Origin: a phage
Reading direction: 5' to 3' (one strand)
Sequence record: PQ478073.1
DNA length: 64,000 nt
The position numbers and the translations under genes were made by a program. Of this stretch, positions 33,358-42,693 are shown one piece after another. Position 1 is the stretch's first letter, and each line of letters begins with the position of its first letter. The notes under the pieces are model-generated. The model was not told where the DNA came from. It worked only from the letters and a program-made list of their open reading frames with translations, and made no database searches.

Positions 33358-33454
33358 GGATACAACATGACTTTAGAGATTGTCTTTGGTATTGTTAGCT
33401 TAGTCGTCTGTGTGGGTTGGTTTGGGTATCTGATGATTTTTGGTGATTAATACT

Positions 33455-33482
33455 TGACATAAGATATCAGTACTGTATAATG
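33455..33482 (+). promoter_or_regulatory. promoter TTGACA-N16-TATAAT with CAGTACTG box
   Basis: same architecture as cassettes at 37418, 48045. Confidence 0.6.
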
Positions 33483-33574
33483 TTTATATCAAAGGGAATG
33501 CAGTGAAAGGAAAGACAGCATAATCGTACTCGTCACTGCGTTTCCACCCTTTTAAATTAAATGAGGAATTAACT

Positions 33575-33883
33575 ATGTTTCAAACTAACACTCAAGGTTT
33601 TGTAATCATTGATTTGAATCAAAACAGCGGTTATTGGATGAAACCTACTGACGCATGTATGCAGTTTGATTTTTTAGGTTACAGGATTAGTGTAAGTACT
33701 GGTGCTTCTGTACTGCGTGGTGGTTGTATCGTTGAACATCTGGTAACTGATCCAGAAGGTCGTGAGTATGAAATCGCAGGTTCAGTACAAGATGCCATTA
33801 TGTTTGTATGTCAGCGTGAAATGAATAGTTCGAATTCAAATGCACTGACTCATGCTCTTTCTCAAGAAGTGGAGGTTCGTTAA
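33575..33883 (+). CDS. hypothetical protein
   Basis: ORF 102 aa; SD TGAGGAA. Confidence 0.55.
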   Translation: MFQTNTQGFVIIDLNQNSGYWMKPTDACMQFDFLGYRISVSTGASVLRGGCIVEHLVTDPEGREYEIAGSVQDAIMFVCQREMNSSNSNALTHALSQEVEVR

Positions 33884-34128
33884 TGAAATATATCGTAGCA
33901 GTACTCGTCGCATTTCTACTCACTGCATGTGATGCTTCTACCAAAGAACGTACAAGTGATTTTGTTCTACCTGCTGAATTAAAAGAAGCAGGGTGTAAGA
34001 TTTATCGTATGCAACAAGATGGTGCTGGTGCGACTTTATACACTGTGTACTGTCCTAATGCAAATACAAGTACTGGATACACTAGCGGTAAAACACGAAT
34101 CAACACTTCCGTAATTCATGGAGAATAA
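33883..34128 (+). CDS. putative lipoprotein
   Basis: 81 aa; signal peptide with lipobox LTAC; SD GGAGG. Confidence 0.55.
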   Translation: MKYIVAVLVAFLLTACDASTKERTSDFVLPAELKEAGCKIYRMQQDGAGATLYTVYCPNANTSTGYTSGKTRINTSVIHGE

Positions 34129-34130
34129 CA

Positions 34131-34499
34131 ATGAGCCTTGATACAACACGTGCAGCAGATTTATTAACTCGTCTGAATGATGAAGAATATCTTGCTGAGA
34201 TAAAGTACAAGCTTGACAAACTTGTTCGAAGTGCTGAAGTAATTGAAGTTGAAGGTCACTTACCGATGGATCAATACCATAGGTTCAAGGAAGATATGGT
34301 TTATTATCCTAATGAAATTTGGATTGAGTGGCAACATTGGACTAACAAAACTCTTCGCATTGAAGGGTATTGTGTGAAGTATGAAAGTTCACCTGGTGAT
34401 GTTACAAAAACTCTATCAATTTGGTGTACAAAAACACATGAACTCGTTGAGGTGAATTTGAATTATATGAATGGCTTCCGTTGGGGTGATGTTCAATGA
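34131..34499 (+). CDS. hypothetical protein
   Basis: ORF 122 aa; SD GGAGA. Confidence 0.55.
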   Translation: MSLDTTRAADLLTRLNDEEYLAEIKYKLDKLVRSAEVIEVEGHLPMDQYHRFKEDMVYYPNEIWIEWQHWTNKTLRIEGYCVKYESSPGDVTKTLSIWCTKTHELVEVNLNYMNGFRWGDVQ

Positions 34500-34771
34500 T
34501 TAAAAAACTATTGACAGTTGTCTTTGTATTCTGTACAATGTTTCTTACAGCATGTAATGATGACGGCAGGTTTAGTGCAAAAGACTTAGTTCGTCAGGAT
34601 TGTACATTCACAGGTAAGTCTTTTATTAACGAGTATGAGGTATGTACACAATCAGGTCGTATCTGTGGTGGTTGGGAAAAACGACAGGAGCGATTGTATG
34701 TATATGAATGCCCTGGACATCACAACAAAGTACTAAGCACACACAAACTTGTTTATGATAAGGTTGAATAA
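34496..34771 (+). CDS. putative lipoprotein
   Basis: 91 aa; signal peptide with lipobox LTAC. Confidence 0.55.
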   Translation: MIKKLLTVVFVFCTMFLTACNDDGRFSAKDLVRQDCTFTGKSFINEYEVCTQSGRICGGWEKRQERLYVYECPGHHNKVLSTHKLVYDKVE

Positions 34772-34986
34772 TGACTACCAATGAAATGATGCAGGTTATT
34801 TGGGATAAAGGTTGTGATATTAAAATCACTAGTACTGATGTTCGTGTATTCAAAACTGAATATATGGAGTACTTGGACCTTGATACTTATAATAATATTG
34901 TATCAATTGAACACAAAGGTGCAGTACTGGAAACCATTGACGTAGTACTCAAGAAAGCTACCGACCTATTAGGAGTGGCAGTGTGA
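34771..34986 (+). CDS. hypothetical protein
   Basis: ORF 71 aa. Confidence 0.5.
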   Translation: MTTNEMMQVIWDKGCDIKITSTDVRVFKTEYMEYLDLDTYNNIVSIEHKGAVLETIDVVLKKATDLLGVAV

Positions 34987-35139
34987 ATAACAAAGAGTGG
35001 GAAGATTACCGCAAGAAGTGCAGGGAGTTTGATAAAGAACTTACTGGTACAGTGAATGCAGTAATGTGGGTATCTGTAATTATTGCAGTTCTTGCGTTGG
35101 GTGCTATTATTATTAATAAATTATTCTAAGGCGAATATC

Positions 35140-35340
35140 ATGTTTACTTTATATCTCGCAGTAGTTCTCACCAATGGTGAAATCACTCGTACTATTGGTG
35201 AAGGTGTATATAAAACACCAGACCAGTGCTACTCTGCCACTCATTGGCCTCGCGATAGTGGGGATGAAACTCGCACTGAATTCAAATGCATGAAAGTAAA
35301 AGGTGATTTTGTTAACCTTAAGGTTATCGAGGCGAAATAA
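35140..35340 (+). CDS. small hypothetical protein
   Basis: start moved to ATG 35140 (MFTLYLAVV), SD AAGGCGAA. Confidence 0.45.
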   Translation: MFTLYLAVVLTNGEITRTIGEGVYKTPDQCYSATHWPRDSGDETRTEFKCMKVKGDFVNLKVIEAK

Positions 35341-35858
35341 TGGATATTAATGAGTTGTTGAAATTAGTGTTTAATCGTGAACGCCGCGATACAAGACCAA
35401 TTGAATATCAAGATGTGATACGCATTGAAACTGATTTCTGTTATGGTAAAACAACTCATGACCTTTTGAATCTCTCTGGAAAACGCTATGCTGATGTTTG
35501 TTTTTCAGAGAGAAGTGATGGTTCAGAAATAACGAGTACTGATATTGTTTGTTACGCACGCAGTGCTGATAAATCTTATGAAATAGAACTTATATATTCC
35601 CCTAGTTCTAAAACAAATCATCACCGCCATATTTTATATGATGTTTACACACCACCTGGTATTGCTGAATATTTTGTTATTGATTATAGTACTGAAGAAA
35701 ATGTGTTTCAACAAAGTTTGATTTATAACTTTGAGGTGAATGATCCATTAGTACCAAAGTTGTTCAAACTACTTGACACCATAGATGTTGATTTTGAATT
35801 TGTTATGTGCATTAGAACTTCTTTATTCAATGAATTCATGGAACTTTTTAATATATGA
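35340..35858 (+). CDS. hypothetical protein, FFQ-motif family
   Basis: ORF 172 aa; STEENVFQQSLIYNF. Confidence 0.55.
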   Translation: MDINELLKLVFNRERRDTRPIEYQDVIRIETDFCYGKTTHDLLNLSGKRYADVCFSERSDGSEITSTDIVCYARSADKSYEIELIYSPSSKTNHHRHILYDVYTPPGIAEYFVIDYSTEENVFQQSLIYNFEVNDPLVPKLFKLLDTIDVDFEFVMCIRTSLFNEFMELFNI

Positions 35859-36076
35859 ATAGATACTATGTTGTGTATGAACACGTCTCTGAATTTAATA
35901 ACATACGCGGGTTTTCCAGAGTAGTCACCAAGATGGATGTATTCATTCGTGCTCTTAGTGAAGTAGATGCACTGTTTAAATTGTTTGATGAAATTACAAA
36001 GTATAACACACCTAAAACACACCGCTATGTGGAAACTGTACATAGCATTATGCTAACTGAAAGTGATGAGGAATGA
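35855..36076 (+). CDS. hypothetical protein
   Basis: ORF 73 aa. Confidence 0.5.
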   Translation: MNRYYVVYEHVSEFNNIRGFSRVVTKMDVFIRALSEVDALFKLFDEITKYNTPKTHRYVETVHSIMLTESDEE

Positions 36077-36079
36077 TAA

Positions 36080-36298
36080 ATGAATTTATATCTAGTTGAA
36101 GGTTTAGTACAAGTCTATAAACCAGAAGGTGAAGGTCAACGTTTTTCACACGTAGAAGAATTTAAGTACGTTGTACAGGCTGATGGTCAGTACGATGCGG
36201 AAATTCAAGTAGATGAATCATTCCGTAAGAAAAATGAAATTGGTAAATTTCAATACCAGAACTTACAATATAAAGTATGGCCTAGTATAAATGACTAA
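36080..36298 (+). CDS. hypothetical protein
   Basis: ORF 72 aa; SD GAGGAA. Confidence 0.5.
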   Translation: MNLYLVEGLVQVYKPEGEGQRFSHVEEFKYVVQADGQYDAEIQVDESFRKKNEIGKFQYQNLQYKVWPSIND

Positions 36299-36506
36299 GA
36301 TGTGGTGGTGTCATGGTGTATATAACGTGTATGTAAATGGTAGATATAAAATGTCTAGTACCTATGCAAGACGTGTTAATGCGAACAACCAAGTTGATGC
36401 TGCTTGTGAGATCATTGAGTGGTATGCTGAGTTCAATGCACCTGACTATATGTACGAAATAGTTACAATAAATGTTGTACAAATCGATACATCTTTGATA
36501 CAATAA
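36291..36506 (+). CDS. hypothetical protein
   Basis: ORF 71 aa. Confidence 0.45.
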   Translation: MTKMWWCHGVYNVYVNGRYKMSSTYARRVNANNQVDAACEIIEWYAEFNAPDYMYEIVTINVVQIDTSLIQ

Positions 36507-36538
36507 CCACATCAAAAAAATTGCATCTGAGGATACTT

Positions 36539-37201
36539 ATGTTAGTTAATCTTAATTTCATCACTTCACCTGACTGGGCATTACGTGGAGTTTCTTTAAA
36601 CTTCAAGGAAACTATGTTTGACTACATTGGTGAGTGTACATTGGTAAATGCAACTTTTGATCCAAATCATCCGTTTTGGGCTGAAATTCATGATCCAAAT
36701 GTAAACAACAATACATCTGTTATGACTATTGTCCAGACTAAACATGCAGGTATCCTTGCAGGTTATCGACCTGCACATGCAATTGAACACTTCACTGATT
36801 ACGATGTCGTGGATGAATACCCAATGATCCATGAAGATGGAAGTCTATACACATCTGAAGACTTCCGTGCTATCTTTAATAGTACTGATGATATTCTACC
36901 AAGTGGACGTCCACGTCCTGAGTCTTATCTTATGCATCCATCTTATGGTGTAGCAGATACGCTTGAACAGATTATGAATAAGTACAAGAACCTAATTGAA
37001 GGTCCAGAAGAAATTGTCCTGTGCTATCACCCAGTACTGAAGTCTGAACAACCAAAGGATGGTGGATGGCGTTGGCATAAGAATGGTGAGTATATCGGTA
37101 CTAAACGAAGTAAAGAACGTTTTGAGTACTTGTATGATGAGCCAGATGTTGATGTGGTTTTGTGTTATAATTTTATTAAGGTGAAAAAGAAATGTATCTA
37201 G
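36539..37201 (+). CDS. hypothetical protein
   Basis: start moved to ATG 36539 with SD TGAGGA. Confidence 0.55.
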   Translation: MLVNLNFITSPDWALRGVSLNFKETMFDYIGECTLVNATFDPNHPFWAEIHDPNVNNNTSVMTIVQTKHAGILAGYRPAHAIEHFTDYDVVDEYPMIHEDGSLYTSEDFRAIFNSTDDILPSGRPRPESYLMHPSYGVADTLEQIMNKYKNLIEGPEEIVLCYHPVLKSEQPKDGGWRWHKNGEYIGTKRSKERFEYLYDEPDVDVVLCYNFIKVKKKCI

Positions 37202-37434
37202 TACTAAGTTTTGTTGTTGCACTATTGTTTATGTTCTATCCTACACTAGTGGCATTAGCCACTAGACGAACGATGGTAGATCTCACTACTGTATTCTTGC
37301 TAAACGTGGCATTAGTACTGGTGTCTATTATCATTCCAGTGAGCTTTACAGTTATTGATATTATTTCGGTATTACTCTTCGTGTTAAGTTATCTTATGCT
37401 TATTGAAGAAACAAATGTTGACAAACGTTCGTAG
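37192..37434 (+). CDS. small membrane protein
   Basis: ORF 80 aa; two TM helices. Confidence 0.5.
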   Translation: MYLVLSFVVALLFMFYPTLVALATRRTMVDLTTVFLLNVALVLVSIIIPVSFTVIDIISVLLFVLSYLMLIEETNVDKRS

Positions 37435-37445
37435 TACTGTATAAT
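37418..37445 (+). promoter_or_regulatory. promoter TTGACA-N16-TATAAT with GTAGTACTG box
   Basis: consensus hexamers. Confidence 0.6.
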
Positions 37446-37491
37446 GGTTCCTGTAGTCTGAAACTTAACACTTAAACTTGAGGTAAAAAAT

Positions 37492-37818
37492 ATGCTATCA
37501 GTACTAATTTCAATTCCGTCTTTAATTCTGATTTGGCTTCTGGTTTACGAATGCTTTATTACTGATGATAATGATAAAAAAGAGTTCTCTGAGTTGTTTA
37601 TGCTTGATTCGCCGATTGTGCGTATTTTCTATACAGTCGTTGTGGTTTCAGTAATTGTATGGGTTTTGAGTTTTATCTTCCCACTCGGTGCAGTAGTTAA
37701 AACTTTGGATTTAGTTGAGAACTTTGTTGCAATTATGTGGCTAATCAAAGCACTATTTGCAGGAAATGTTAAAATTTGGATTGATATTATCAAATTCAAG
37801 TTCACGAATAAGATGTAA
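37492..37818 (+). CDS. small membrane protein
   Basis: ORF 108 aa; TM helices; SD TGAGGT. Confidence 0.5.
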   Translation: MLSVLISIPSLILIWLLVYECFITDDNDKKEFSELFMLDSPIVRIFYTVVVVSVIVWVLSFIFPLGAVVKTLDLVENFVAIMWLIKALFAGNVKIWIDIIKFKFTNKM

Positions 37819-37896
37819 CAGTGAAAATATCTCTATAGTATTAAATACTTCTGTACATATATATAGTACAGAAGTATTTCTCGTTAGAGGTTTGTT

Positions 37897-38256
37897 ATGA
37901 AGAGTTATATAAAATTAATAGCACTTGTGTGTGCATTATTTTCATGTTTTAGTTATGGTGCAGCAGCAGAAACATATTGTCGTAGTACTAAGGGAACGTG
38001 GCATGTATTGACTAACGACCCTAGAAATGGTAAAAATATAGTTGTTGATGGTGTGATTTATCGTTTTAAAGTAGAAAGTATTATCGGTAATAAAAAAATC
38101 TCGACTTATAGAGATGATTCTGGTACATTAGCAAACGTAATATTAATTGTAGACCCAAGAACTGGTAATGGTGATATCTATATAGTAATTTACTTGGACT
38201 CATCGGTACGCCGTGACCTAGATATAGATAAATTGAACTTACACTGTGAAATATAG
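37897..38256 (+). CDS. secreted hypothetical protein (paralog of 38648 gene)
   Basis: signal peptide ending YGAAA; C-x-x-x-G-x-x-H ... DG ... Y-x-F pattern shared with 38648. Confidence 0.55.
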   Translation: MKSYIKLIALVCALFSCFSYGAAAETYCRSTKGTWHVLTNDPRNGKNIVVDGVIYRFKVESIIGNKKISTYRDDSGTLANVILIVDPRTGNGDIYIVIYLDSSVRRDLDIDKLNLHCEI

Positions 38257-38267
38257 GACTTAAAAAA

Positions 38268-38645
38268 ATGGTAAACACTATTTTACTTTTGTTGTTGAAT
38301 ATTCCAATTATTCTGTCTTTTTTAATTTCTATTTTTATGGCAGGATATTGTTTAGTTGCAGTAATTCATTTCATTTTAACAAACAAATATGTCCTAATTT
38401 CTAAGCTTGATTCTATTTTTGCTTGCGATTCGATTGCTTATAACTTGTGGTTAATTTGTTCTTGCATTATGGGAGTAACTTTCCTTCTGTATGTATTTGA
38501 TGTCCTTGACCAAAAGTTCGTATACATCAGTACTGGATTGGCTCTTTATCCTGCTACGTGGTACTTGATTTACGTTGGTGATATATGGTATAGTACTTAT
38601 AAAGAATATCAGTACAAGAAATCACTTAACGTTGGAGGAAAATAA
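38268..38645 (+). CDS. integral membrane protein
   Basis: ORF 125 aa; hydrophobic. Confidence 0.45.
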   Translation: MVNTILLLLLNIPIILSFLISIFMAGYCLVAVIHFILTNKYVLISKLDSIFACDSIAYNLWLICSCIMGVTFLLYVFDVLDQKFVYISTGLALYPATWYLIYVGDIWYSTYKEYQYKKSLNVGGK

Positions 38646-38647
38646 TC

Positions 38648-38998
38648 ATGAAAATTATTTTATTTTTTGTATGTATGTTAATGTGTGGATTGTCATATGC
38701 TGAACCATTGGAAGGTTTAGTTTGTACAGATGGTAATATTAAACATATCTATCAAGGTGATAGTGACGATCGAGATATTGTATATATTGATGGACAATCA
38801 TATACGTTTGTTAAAGAGCATACAGTAGGCGACATTAGCTTCACTGAGTTTTCTAACGACACAGACCCTAACTTCTTAGCGTTTATTGAAGTAGATGTAT
38901 ATGAAGATAGTAATGGCACACAATATGCTAAATTAGTTATGATGCGTCGTGGTGCTAAAGAAACTAGTTTTGGTGGCTTGTGTAAATATAAGGATTGA
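38648..38998 (+). CDS. secreted hypothetical protein (paralog of 37897 gene)
   Basis: signal peptide ending SYA-EP; SD GGAGGAAA. Confidence 0.55.
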   Translation: MKIILFFVCMLMCGLSYAEPLEGLVCTDGNIKHIYQGDSDDRDIVYIDGQSYTFVKEHTVGDISFTEFSNDTDPNFLAFIEVDVYEDSNGTQYAKLVMMRRGAKETSFGGLCKYKD

Positions 38999-39002
38999 TA
39001 TT

Positions 39003-39194
39003 ATGTTGATTTATCAAAGTGATAATATTCGTGTTATGCAGCATCCCTACTTACAAATCTTTGATGTGCAGCAGTATATGGAAGGTGATGACCCAAGAAC
39101 CTATGGTCGTAAGTATGATTACTTCACTGTAAAGCAGTGTAAAAATATTAACGAAGTACGACAATTAGTTCAAGAACTTCAAAACAAAGGTTGA
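39003..39194 (+). CDS. small hypothetical protein
   Basis: start moved to ATG 39003, SD AAGGA. Confidence 0.45.
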   Translation: MLIYQSDNIRVMQHPYLQIFDVQQYMEGDDPRTYGRKYDYFTVKQCKNINEVRQLVQELQNKG

Positions 39195-39220
39195 CTTCGG
39201 TCAGCCTTTTTTGTTATAAT
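39188..39220 (+). promoter_or_regulatory. bifunctional cassette: terminator hairpin (AGGTTGAC-TTCG-GTCAGCCT, T-run) overlapping promoter (TTGACT-N18-TATAAT)
   Basis: UUCG tetraloop hairpin + T6; -35 TTGACT lies inside the stem. Confidence 0.65.
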
Positions 39221-39248
39221 TCTCTTAATAAATTAGAGGATTTTAATT

Positions 39249-39689
39249 ATGTATGTATATCGTTTTGAACTTAAATTTAGTTACATTGAACCTAACTTAG
39301 ATCCTGCACGAACTGTAGGTCCGTTTGCACGGTATTCAACTAGATACAGTACTAAAAATGGATTTGACCGTTTGCTTATGACTACACCTTCTCAATTCCA
39401 ACCTGAACCAACTGAGGATGGGATCTATTCAATCAAAAGTGGATGGGTATTTGGCTGTCAAAGTTTGAAAGATTTGTTCAGATTCTTCACTATGGACTTG
39501 GGTAAATTGCATCGTGCTGGGTTTGCTATATCTGTATATGAAGTTCCAGACCACCATGTAGACATTGGTCGTAATCAGGTTCAGTACTATTGCGGTAGTG
39601 CTAAATTAGTTCGTATCATGTCAGTTAAGGAAGCAAAGGATGAGTTCCGACAAAGTAAAAGAGAAACACATGAGGTAATATATGGATAA
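39249..39689 (+). CDS. hypothetical protein
   Basis: ORF 146 aa; SD AGAGGA. Confidence 0.55.
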   Translation: MYVYRFELKFSYIEPNLDPARTVGPFARYSTRYSTKNGFDRLLMTTPSQFQPEPTEDGIYSIKSGWVFGCQSLKDLFRFFTMDLGKLHRAGFAISVYEVPDHHVDIGRNQVQYYCGSAKLVRIMSVKEAKDEFRQSKRETHEVIYG

Positions 39690-40026
39690 AACTCAAATAG
39701 AATTAAAGAAATTTGTTTCATTCTATTTTCCTGATGACCCACGTAATTCACAAAAAGATATTGAATATTATAATATCCTATCTAAACAGTTAATGAGAAA
39801 GTTTCAACAGTGTTTAACTATATTCAATACAGATGGAAGACGTAGATACCGAATCGTTTCAATGAATGATGAAAACGCAAATTTCTTTGATTACGATGTA
39901 GTTTTTAGAGCATATAATGATGATCGTATAAAATTAAATTATGATCAAATTATACTTGACCTGAATGTTATATGTGTTATAATCACTCACGTAGCCGAAC
40001 TTAATGGTTTTAAAGAATGGTATTGA
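39682..40026 (+). CDS. hypothetical protein
   Basis: ORF 114 aa; SD GAGGT. Confidence 0.5.
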   Translation: MDKTQIELKKFVSFYFPDDPRNSQKDIEYYNILSKQLMRKFQQCLTIFNTDGRRRYRIVSMNDENANFFDYDVVFRAYNDDRIKLNYDQIILDLNVICVIITHVAELNGFKEWY

Positions 40027-40040
40027 ATAGAGGATAACAT

Positions 40041-40307
40041 ATGAAGCTTAAATTACAATATAATGGATTTACTTTACGTAATGATACTGAATTTATTAAT
40101 CGTTCTCCTGGTGCTGAACTGTTTTTACGAGAGATGAACATTCCTTTCATCATTACTACAGTGGGCGACCGTGAAGTTCTACAATATGCAGAGCATCCGA
40201 TTATTGATGTTCCTTGGTACTCTGAGCATATGTACATGGATATGGCACGTCGCTACAACTGTAAGTTCGTAGTTGAAGGTGATAAAATTACAGTCGAATT
40301 TAAATAA
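40041..40307 (+). CDS. hypothetical protein
   Basis: ORF 88 aa; SD AGAGGA. Confidence 0.55.
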   Translation: MKLKLQYNGFTLRNDTEFINRSPGAELFLREMNIPFIITTVGDREVLQYAEHPIIDVPWYSEHMYMDMARRYNCKFVVEGDKITVEFK

Positions 40308-40319
40308 GGTAAATTAAAA

Positions 40320-40613
40320 ATGATCAGTACTTCAGTTAATGAAAGCATCGTCGCTGACGTAGAAATGGTTAAAGAATGTGCAGATGAAACTCTTCGTGAT
40401 ATGTACATTAATGATTTAATTACTGAATACGGTAGTCGTGGTGTACACGAATTTATTCGTTTAAGTGGAGAGTTGATGAAAAATCGAATTCGTATGAAGC
40501 TTAACGTACATCCAAAAGCATGGGCATTTACATTAAAATACGCAGAAGATATTGTGAATTTGCGTCGAACTGAAGTATATGAACGTTTGCACAATGGTAT
40601 GTTAGATAAATGA
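40320..40613 (+). CDS. hypothetical protein
   Basis: ORF 97 aa; SD AAGGTAA. Confidence 0.55.
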   Translation: MISTSVNESIVADVEMVKECADETLRDMYINDLITEYGSRGVHEFIRLSGELMKNRIRMKLNVHPKAWAFTLKYAEDIVNLRRTEVYERLHNGMLDK

Positions 40614-40642
40614 TTGTAAAAAAGGAATTCTTAAATGAATTC
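40612..40642 (+). terminator. intrinsic terminator
   Basis: stem AAGGAATTC/GAATTCCTT, loop TTAAAT, then TTTGTTT. Confidence 0.65.
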
Positions 40643-40665
40643 CTTTTTGTTTATAAGGTATAGTA

Positions 40666-40887
40666 ATGAAATATATAGTACTTGTACTGATATTATTCAG
40701 TACTGTTGTAAGTGCTAAACAAAAAGAATATGTTAAATGTATAAATTATGAAGAGAAATATGTTGAAACATATAAAAAAAGTATAATTAAAAACGTTTCG
40801 ATTACTAACAGAGCAACAATCATTGTACTTAAAAATGGGTTAATTATGCTATATAAACCACACGTTAAATGTGAAATTATTAATTGA
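40666..40887 (+). CDS. small secreted protein
   Basis: 73 aa; signal peptide ending VVSA-KQ. Confidence 0.5.
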   Translation: MKYIVLVLILFSTVVSAKQKEYVKCINYEEKYVETYKKSIIKNVSITNRATIIVLKNGLIMLYKPHVKCEIIN

Positions 40888-40894
40888 GGAAATT

Positions 40895-41467
40895 ATGAAT
40901 CGTAAAGGTCGTTTTAAAGTATCAAAAAAGAACAAAAGTTCTAGGTTTAAACCTATTGTTTTAACAGTTAAATCTAACAAAGAATTAACTGCACTTAGTA
41001 AAAAGATAATTTCATCTAAGATTGAAGTATCATACGTAAATTCATTAAAATATATGAATGTCAAACCACTGGACCAACTCATTTCACTTATATTTGAACG
41101 TAATGATTTTGAGATATCAGTAGATGATTATAGAGCCTATAATGCTGGTTTCATTAATGTTACTTGTAATAAAAAACTAACTGAGTTGGAAAATTTGTCA
41201 TGTATAATAAATCTAGATAAAGGTGTTGTGAAGTACCATTTTGTACATTTCACTAATATCAATAATGGAATGGGTGTACAATCCAGACCTATAGTGCCTA
41301 CGTGTGATGTTACTAAATTAGCAAAGCTCAATGATGAAGAATATTTTCAAGAAAGCATTGTAACTGAGCATTTAGATGATATAATAGCTACTTACAAAGA
41401 ATGCATATGGGTGTTGAATGCTATAAAACCTAAATTGTGTTTAATGAATATTGTTCGTGATTTATGA
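40895..41467 (+). CDS. hypothetical protein, FFQ-motif family
   Basis: start moved to ATG 40895 (SD GAGGAAA); NDEEYFQESIVTEHLDDI. Confidence 0.55.
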   Translation: MNRKGRFKVSKKNKSSRFKPIVLTVKSNKELTALSKKIISSKIEVSYVNSLKYMNVKPLDQLISLIFERNDFEISVDDYRAYNAGFINVTCNKKLTELENLSCIINLDKGVVKYHFVHFTNINNGMGVQSRPIVPTCDVTKLAKLNDEEYFQESIVTEHLDDIIATYKECIWVLNAIKPKLCLMNIVRDL

Positions 41468-41480
41468 ATGGGGAATCGTA

Positions 41481-41924
41481 ATGAGTTGGGTAAATGTTAA
41501 TAGTATTGAACTTAACGAACAAGATATTTTTGCATTTGTAAATTTAACTAATAACACAGTACTAAAAGGGCGTTTGTTCAGTGCTAGTGATGGGTACAAA
41601 TGGATCTCTTTGATGGATGATAGTGGTGTGATTTATAATGTAATGCAATTACCCCAATGGGTATATAGTAACACTGCTGACGATGTTCTTACCGCAGTTA
41701 TGCGTGAGTTTGAAAAACTCCCAGGTGGTGATATCAAAAACAAAGTTTTTAATGCAGAACGTAAAAATTATACAGCACAGCAGTTGGAATCCCTTGCCAT
41801 TGCTGCTTATCAAGCTGCTATTAAGAAGCCAGAGTGCGTTATTCTTAAGTATGTACCAGACTTAAAACTTACGTTGGAAGACATGGATGCATTCATTTTT
41901 ACATCTGAACTTGATCAGTACTAA
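41481..41924 (+). CDS. hypothetical protein
   Basis: start moved to ATG 41481 (MSWVNV). Confidence 0.5.
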   Translation: MSWVNVNSIELNEQDIFAFVNLTNNTVLKGRLFSASDGYKWISLMDDSGVIYNVMQLPQWVYSNTADDVLTAVMREFEKLPGGDIKNKVFNAERKNYTAQQLESLAIAAYQAAIKKPECVILKYVPDLKLTLEDMDAFIFTSELDQY

Positions 41925-42039
41925 TTTAACTTTGGGACAACCATTCTTATTATGATATAATGTTTTATGTCATTCGATATAAATGACAACGGAACTATAA
42001 ATATTATAGTAAAATTTATCTCTTATAGGAGTTATAAAA

Positions 42040-42423
42040 ATGGTTGATAAATGGAATAAGAAAGATCCATCACATGATGTTGATATTTCTGGTCTAGACA
42101 ATGCACATAAGCACAAGTATCTAGATTCACTAGGTCTTCTAAAACCAGACCAAAGTCTTGCACATGATCGTCCATCCCGTGAAAAAGCATTTAGCCTAGA
42201 ATCACTAGGTCATGAGCTTAATCGTGTGTTTGAGGATCACCCAATCTATGTACGTGATATTATCGAGAAACTTAAAGTAACTCCTAAAGAGCACTTTAAA
42301 GCAACTGTACACTCTGCATTCCGTGCATTACATGAATCTCTAAAGAAAACTCACAATCTTCGTAAAATTCATGATGAAATCGTGAATGCAATCGAAAGTG
42401 AAAAACATAAGTTCAAGAAGTAA
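42040..42423 (+). CDS. hypothetical protein (shares LDSLGLL module with 42694 gene)
   Basis: ORF 127 aa; SD TAGGAG. Confidence 0.55.
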   Translation: MVDKWNKKDPSHDVDISGLDNAHKHKYLDSLGLLKPDQSLAHDRPSREKAFSLESLGHELNRVFEDHPIYVRDIIEKLKVTPKEHFKATVHSAFRALHESLKKTHNLRKIHDEIVNAIESEKHKFKK

Positions 42424-42430
42424 TAAAAAG

Positions 42431-42463
42431 GGGTTGACTAAGGTCAGCCCTTTGTTGTATCAT
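42431..42463 (+). promoter_or_regulatory. bifunctional terminator/promoter cassette (GGGTTGAC-TAAG-GTCAGCCC; TTGACT-N18-TATCAT)
   Basis: perfect 8-bp stem + T-rich tail; -35 inside stem. Confidence 0.6.
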
Positions 42464-42492
42464 AACTTCTCAATATAACTGAGGTATCATAT

Positions 42493-42606
42493 ATGCAAGG
42501 TTTGAAATTTGTAGTTGCTGCACTCATCGCCGCAGTACTGGTTGGTGGTGTATTCTATGTAGTGGATCAAAAAGTAAATCCACCTGCACAAGAACAATCT
42601 AAGTAA
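42493..42606 (+). CDS. small membrane peptide (37 aa)
   Basis: ATG with SD TGAGGT; single TM helix; bracketed by two cassettes. Confidence 0.45.
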   Translation: MQGLKFVVAALIAAVLVGGVFYVVDQKVNPPAQEQSK

Positions 42607-42613
42607 CAAAATA

Positions 42614-42645
42614 AGGTTGACTTCGGTCAGCCTTTTCTTTATACT
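42614..42645 (+). promoter_or_regulatory. bifunctional terminator/promoter cassette (AGGTTGAC-TTCG-GTCAGCCT; TTGACT-N17-TATACT)
   Basis: UUCG hairpin + T-run; -35 inside stem. Confidence 0.6.
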
Positions 42646-42693
42646 ATAAATATAGTCATAGAGAAAAAAATGAAATCTATGGAGAGAAATCAA